Shown one piece after another: positions 59,699-64,000 of a stretch of 64,000 nt of DNA. How positions within the stretch are numbered: position 1 is the first letter of the stretch; every line of letters begins with the position of its first letter. The notes below the pieces were generated by a model that saw only the letters and a program-made list of their open reading frames with translations, did no database searches and was not told where the DNA came from. This DNA comes from Pseudomonadota bacterium (GTDB lineage: Bacteria > Bdellovibrionota > FAC87 > UBA2466), in the NCBI GenBank assembly GCA_043718025.1, contig JAYSWN010000068.1, positions 1-64,000 of the forward strand, written 5' to 3'. Both the position numbers and the translations under genes were made by a program.

Positions 59699-60211
59699 TT
59701 GAGCATACCCAAAAACAGTTTGGCCCTCGTAGTGCTTCTATTACTGATGGGTTCGCGCGTGTCGATGGCACTGAACGACACGTCTAACCGGAGCCAAATC
59801 TATTCTCCAATCGGAAAGCGCGACCCATTTAAGCAACCCTCCACTTCGGTGGGAAAAGAGGTACTGGCCTTAAATCCGCTGGAGCGGTTTACCGTCGAAC
59901 AATTTCAGCTACGAGCAATTTTGAAGGGGATGGGAAAGTCGCGCGCCATGCTTGAAGACCCCGAGGGTCGCTCCTATATTATCAGTGAGGGTGACCGCAT
60001 CGGCCGCGAGCGGGCCACGGTGAGTAAGATTCTGGTCAATGAAATTATCGTGACGGAAAAGACGTTCAACTATTTGGGTAACGTTAGTCTATACGAAAAA
60101 ATTCTCTCCCTTCCTCCCGATAAAGAGATTTCTCAGGCCGCTCCAGAACGTGCGGGCGCTAGTTCCGATACTGACGCCGGAGCTAGAAGTTCCGGTTCCA
60201 AAAAACCTTAA
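59699..60211 (+). CDS. pilP: Type IV pilus assembly protein PilP
   Basis: KRDPF, PLERF..QL.AI, GDRIG. Confidence 0.88.
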   Translation: MSIPKNSLALVVLLLLMGSRVSMALNDTSNRSQIYSPIGKRDPFKQPSTSVGKEVLALNPLERFTVEQFQLRAILKGMGKSRAMLEDPEGRSYIISEGDRIGRERATVSKILVNEIIVTEKTFNYLGNVSLYEKILSLPPDKEISQAAPERAGASSDTDAGARSSGSKKP

Positions 60212-60229
60212 CGGGTTACGAGGTAGCTG

Positions 60230-62266
60230 ATGACTCTAAAAAAATCCCACCACCGTTGGTTGCCGCTGCTGGTCTTTCTATTTGCTCTTTCCACCTTTTT
60301 CTCCGGGCGGCAAGTGGCGACGGGAGAGCCCGCGGGCGACGAAGACGCTCTTGATCTTGAAGACATTATCAAGCCAAGTCCGCAAAGTCCGGCCACGGCC
60401 GTAAAAAATTCAGCCTCGGCTGACGATGAGTCTTTAAAAGATTTGGAGAAAATGATCGACGTTCAAGAGACCAGCGAAAGTCGAAAAGCCCCTGCGCAGG
60501 CCGCTCGCCAAGAACGTTCACGTCCGGTGGATGACGATTTTGACGACGGCGGCGGCAAAGACCGCGAACCAACTCAAGCCGAATTTCCCACGTCCGAGGA
60601 AGAGGGCGGAGCTCCTCCTACGCAAAGGGTTGCCACCGCCGGTGATCCCTACGTGCGAAACGTAATTAATAATCTAGAATTTCGCCAAGACGGGCAAAAG
60701 TCTCGCATCATCGTCACTTCACGCTCGCCACTACGCTATCGAGAGGTCAAGAACCCCACGATGAAGCAAGTGATCTACTTCTTCGAAAATACCGAAACCC
60801 CCGAGCGATTGCAGAAGGCTTATGACACTTCCGAGTTCATCAGCCCCGTCGCCCTATTCACCTTGTTGCAAATGCCAAAAGAGACGCCGCCGAACTCCAA
60901 ACTCATCGTTCAGATGCGTGAAGACGCTTCGCCCGCGGTAATCACCTCAGAACGTGGTCTCTACATCGAGTTCGGCGCCCCGGCCACTTCGGGGCCCGAT
61001 GGCACCGGCATCCGTTTATTGTCGGCCAATAAAGAGCGTTCGGGCAGCGCCGAAGAAAATCTCTATTTGGGCACCCAAACGTATAGCGGGCGGGTGATCA
61101 ATAAGTTGGAAATTAAGAATAGCGACATTCAGGACGTGCTGCGTCTCATCGCAAAGACGAGTGGCTACAACATCGTGGTTGGCGATGACGTTACCGGCAA
61201 AGTAGGGACAATGAGCCTGAATAACGTGCCTTGGGATCAAGCCTTTGCGTTAGTTTTGCAGTCAAAAAAGCTTGGCTACATAAAAAACGGCAATGTGATT
61301 CGGGTCGCTACCCTAAACTCCCTAAAAACCGAAAAAGATGAAGCATTGGCCAGCGAAAATGCCCGTATTAAAGTTGAAACTCTGCGCACCGTGCTAATTC
61401 CAATCAGCTATGCCAAAGCGTCGGAACTGGCGCCACAGGGAAAAAGTTTTCTTACCGAGCGCGGTTCGATCGACTCGGATCCCCGCACCAACACGATCAT
61501 CGTTAAAGACGTGGATCGCGTGGTGACGCGCGTGCAGAAATTATTTGCGGCGTTAGACACTCAACCCCCTCGCGTAGCCATCTCGGCGAAAATTATCGAG
61601 ATGAAGACCGAGTTCTCGCGTAGTTTTGGGTTCAATGCGTTGCGCGCGTCTACCGATTTCTCCGGCATTAATTTGTCGGCAAGTCAGAATCTGACGTCGT
61701 CGGGCTCCAACGTGTTCACGCTTCGCGCTCCGCAGTTTGCGAGTTTAGAAACGCAATTCCAAGTGGCCGAATCAGAAAGTAAGGCAAAGACTTTAGCAAA
61801 TCCGTCGGTCAGCGTCGTGGCAAACCGGCAAGCGAGCATTTCCCAGAGTTTGTCATTCTTTGTGCAAGATAGCTCGGTGGCCGGTGGCGTCGTCATTCCC
61901 ACGTCGCGTCAGGTCACGACCAACCTTACTATGGATGCCACACCAATCGTCGCCGGCGACGGTTCAATTTTCTTAACGCTTAATCTCAAAAATGAAATTC
62001 CTAATTTATCCGGAGCCTCCACGACCATCGATTCAAGGACGGTGAACACTCAGGTGTTGCTTGAAAATGGAGATACCGCAGTGGTGGGCGGCGTCTTTAC
62101 TAATAATTTAAATACGGGCCAAGACGGCATTCCGTTGTTGATGCGAATTCCCGTCTTGGGAAATCTCTTCTCGCGTCATACCCTCATCGATCGTCGCAAC
62201 GAGATCTTTGTCTTCGTGACTGCTAAAATTACCAATGCTGAAGAATCTTTTAAACGTAACTTGTAA
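60230..62266 (+). CDS. pilQ: Type IV pilus secretin PilQ
   Basis: AMIN-like region, NVPWDQA, ISYAKA, DPRTNTI, GIPLLMRIPVLGNLF. Confidence 0.92.
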   Translation: MTLKKSHHRWLPLLVFLFALSTFFSGRQVATGEPAGDEDALDLEDIIKPSPQSPATAVKNSASADDESLKDLEKMIDVQETSESRKAPAQAARQERSRPVDDDFDDGGGKDREPTQAEFPTSEEEGGAPPTQRVATAGDPYVRNVINNLEFRQDGQKSRIIVTSRSPLRYREVKNPTMKQVIYFFENTETPERLQKAYDTSEFISPVALFTLLQMPKETPPNSKLIVQMREDASPAVITSERGLYIEFGAPATSGPDGTGIRLLSANKERSGSAEENLYLGTQTYSGRVINKLEIKNSDIQDVLRLIAKTSGYNIVVGDDVTGKVGTMSLNNVPWDQAFALVLQSKKLGYIKNGNVIRVATLNSLKTEKDEALASENARIKVETLRTVLIPISYAKASELAPQGKSFLTERGSIDSDPRTNTIIVKDVDRVVTRVQKLFAALDTQPPRVAISAKIIEMKTEFSRSFGFNALRASTDFSGINLSASQNLTSSGSNVFTLRAPQFASLETQFQVAESESKAKTLANPSVSVVANRQASISQSLSFFVQDSSVAGGVVIPTSRQVTTNLTMDATPIVAGDGSIFLTLNLKNEIPNLSGASTTIDSRTVNTQVLLENGDTAVVGGVFTNNLNTGQDGIPLLMRIPVLGNLFSRHTLIDRRNEIFVFVTAKITNAEESFKRNL

Positions 62267-62284
62267 TAATTATTGGGAGCCTTT

Positions 62285-62701
62285 ATGGAAACGCTAGGAA
62301 TTGTTGTGGTGTGGTCGCTTGCTATGATCACGTCGCTGCTAGTTTTTCGCGCGGTGACGCATTTCAAACAATTTGCCAAAGAGATGCGCGCCGAGTTCTC
62401 CCGACTAGAAGGCCGCCTAGTTGAAATTGAAGGCCAATCCGAAAGTCTTCGCACCGATGCCGAAATTCAACTCCGCGCGTTGTCTAATATCGCGATGGAA
62501 GCCCGTACGGTTCTTGAAAGAGCTCGGGCGGTGACGCAAATCTCTCCCACCCTTGAAGGGGATCAGCTGCGTCGGCTCTTAGAGGCCAAAAAGCACGAAA
62601 ATCTGGATCAAAAAACCACGCCCGCGTCATCAGAAATGCAGCACGTTGTTAACACTCCTATTGAAGACAGAGCAACGACTGTGCGCGGTCTATTCTCCTA
62701 G
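62285..62701 (+). CDS. Hypothetical membrane-anchored coiled-coil protein
   Basis: GGAG RBS, N-terminal TM, heptad repeats. Confidence 0.65.
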   Translation: METLGIVVVWSLAMITSLLVFRAVTHFKQFAKEMRAEFSRLEGRLVEIEGQSESLRTDAEIQLRALSNIAMEARTVLERARAVTQISPTLEGDQLRRLLEAKKHENLDQKTTPASSEMQHVVNTPIEDRATTVRGLFS

Positions 62702-62741
62702 CACCCCCCCCACCCGATCCCTCCGAAGGCCTGAAAATCGT

Positions 62742-62763
62742 GGCTGAATCAGCCTTTTTTTTT
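62742..62763 (+). terminator. Probable terminator of the pil operon
   Basis: GGCTGAATCAGCC palindrome followed by T9. Confidence 0.55.
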
Positions 62764-62817
62764 CAACGCGCCCTTTTAACAAGTTTCGTCATTTTCCTTA
62801 TCCCAGCCCTAAATATC

Positions 62818-62846
62818 TTGACAGAGAGAGTCACTTTTCTAAGAAT
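62818..62846 (+). promoter_or_regulatory. Putative sigma70 promoter
   Basis: TTGACA-17 nt-AAGAAT. Confidence 0.45.
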
Positions 62847-63061
62847 CGGGATTCAAATCGACCAGGCATTTGGCTGATGCCTGTGAAGTGGGTTGGGGGG
62901 AGTAGAAAAGCCGGGGTCTTAAAAAGCTCTAAAAACTTTTCTTTCCAAATGCCTTCTTCATTCTGTCTGTGTTCGGTTTAGCCTACGCTCCGGTTCGATT
63001 ATGGGTTTCGATCCCGGAATTTAGGGCATTAGGGCAACGTTCAATTAGGTTGGGGGTAATT

Positions 63062-63478
63062 ATGGAGAAGGCAAAAATCATTAAGCGTTATCAAAACAGG
63101 AAGCTCTACGATACGGATGCGAGCTGTTACGTTACGTTGGATGAAATAGCAGAAATGATTCAGCAGGGCGAAGAAGTGTCGGTGGTGGACAATCGTAATC
63201 AGAAAGACATCACGGCTGCAACTCTGACCCAGATCATTTTTGAGCGTCAGAAACGTTCGGAAAGCCCGGTCCCTCTGTCCACGCTTCGCCACATCATTCA
63301 GCAAGGCGATGGTTCCTTCAGTTCCTACTTGGCGAAAAGCGCCCACGGGGATCAGTTGGAAGTCATCCGCGCTCTGGAAAATCAGGTGAAAGACCTGGCT
63401 GGAAAGCTCGATGCGGTTGAACGGCGTCAGCCGGCAGGCGCAAAAGAAGTTGGCGCTACTAAGTCTGTGGAAATATAA
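63062..63478 (+). CDS. PhaR-like (PHA synthesis regulator) DNA-binding domain protein
   Basis: IIKRYQNRKLYDT..SCYVTL..I..G..V.VVDN...DIT...L.QII. Confidence 0.88.
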   Translation: MEKAKIIKRYQNRKLYDTDASCYVTLDEIAEMIQQGEEVSVVDNRNQKDITAATLTQIIFERQKRSESPVPLSTLRHIIQQGDGSFSSYLAKSAHGDQLEVIRALENQVKDLAGKLDAVERRQPAGAKEVGATKSVEI

Positions 63479-63813
63479 GATAATTTCAAGTTAAAAATTG
63501 CGATACTCTTTGGTTTGGGGCTTGGCCTGGTGAGGGGAATTTGCCATAATACTGGTACGGTTCCCCTGTGCGGTTGGTGAGTTTTAAAAGTATTCTCTAA
63601 CCTACAAGTATCTTAACCAGGGGCTCTTACTTGCTGCGGTGTGCATGCCTAAGAAATTGAGGAAGCCTAAAGTAGCAACAGAGCTTCCACCTAATTTAAT
63701 TTAGGGTTAGGAATCTTCATTACCACGGCCATTACGGGGGAACCTTTTTTCCCTGCCCCAGCCAAAGGGTGTCAGTTTTTTTAGTCTCACTTTTTGCTGG
63801 CGGTTGTACCTCT

Positions 63814-64000
63814 ATGGAAATCAGTGTTCATTCGCTTCGCTGGGTAGAACGTCTTGCTGAACAAGAAAGTGGTGTTCAGGCTGGAGAGCGATCCCAGGTT
63901 GATCTCTATCAGGTGCGCGAAGACGTTCTACAGCTCGAGAGCTCCCAATTTTTGAAAGAACTTCGTACGACGCTCGAGACCCTATCGACCCTGTTCAATC
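63814..64000 (+). CDS. Partial hypothetical protein truncated by the window end
   Basis: Open frame MEISVHSLRWVERLAEQE... to the window end. Confidence 0.55.
   Translation, partial: MEISVHSLRWVERLAEQESGVQAGERSQVDLYQVREDVLQLESSQFLKELRTTLETLSTLFN

Noticed and set aside
62847..63016. Firm 6S RNA call
   Set aside because: Size and rod-like pairing are suggestive, but the putative promoter would start inside the closing stem and the usual zapA/ygfA context is absent
63479..63813. Intergenic hairpins as an ncRNA
   Set aside because: Only short, weak stems with no recognisable motif or terminator

Overview
Gene-dense bacterial chromosome segment. The gene content (pilMNOPQ, AsmA, a PhaR-like regulator, many orphan secreted proteins and lipoproteins, several sigma54-type promoters) suggests a Bdellovibrionota/deltaproteobacterial-type organism (inference). 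Most genes are ordinary: nagZ-like, kbl-tdh, RluA, APC transporter, RlmD family, S9 peptidase, DnaJ class, greB, hemW, ssb and pilM-Q. The standout is a ~15 kb locus (27.9-43.3 kb) that joins lipid-tailoring enzymes to signal transduction. It encodes a cytochrome P450, a stand-alone ACP, a crotonase with a decayed dehydrogenase half, and a fatty acyl-AMP ligase fused in frame to a membrane sensor-PAS-histidine kinase. These are followed by a REC-HK-REC kinase, an Sfp-type PPTase, a REC-adenylate cyclase and a two-gene membrane spermidine-synthase-like module, with a divergent hybrid kinase/RR pair upstream. This looks like an undescribed fatty-acid-derived signal synthesis/sensing system, analogous to but distinct from rpf/DSF. 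Other notable items are an internally deleted group II intron near a tmRNA-like att remnant, a dedicated exosortase with a tiny Cys-rich IPEL-tailed target, a Cc1/DUF5679-like small basic protein, a candidate sigma54-dependent A-rich sRNA, and a 55-nt CCA-ended tRNA-like element. No rRNA, intact tRNA or CRISPR array was seen. All calls are from motif reading by eye; no database searches were run.
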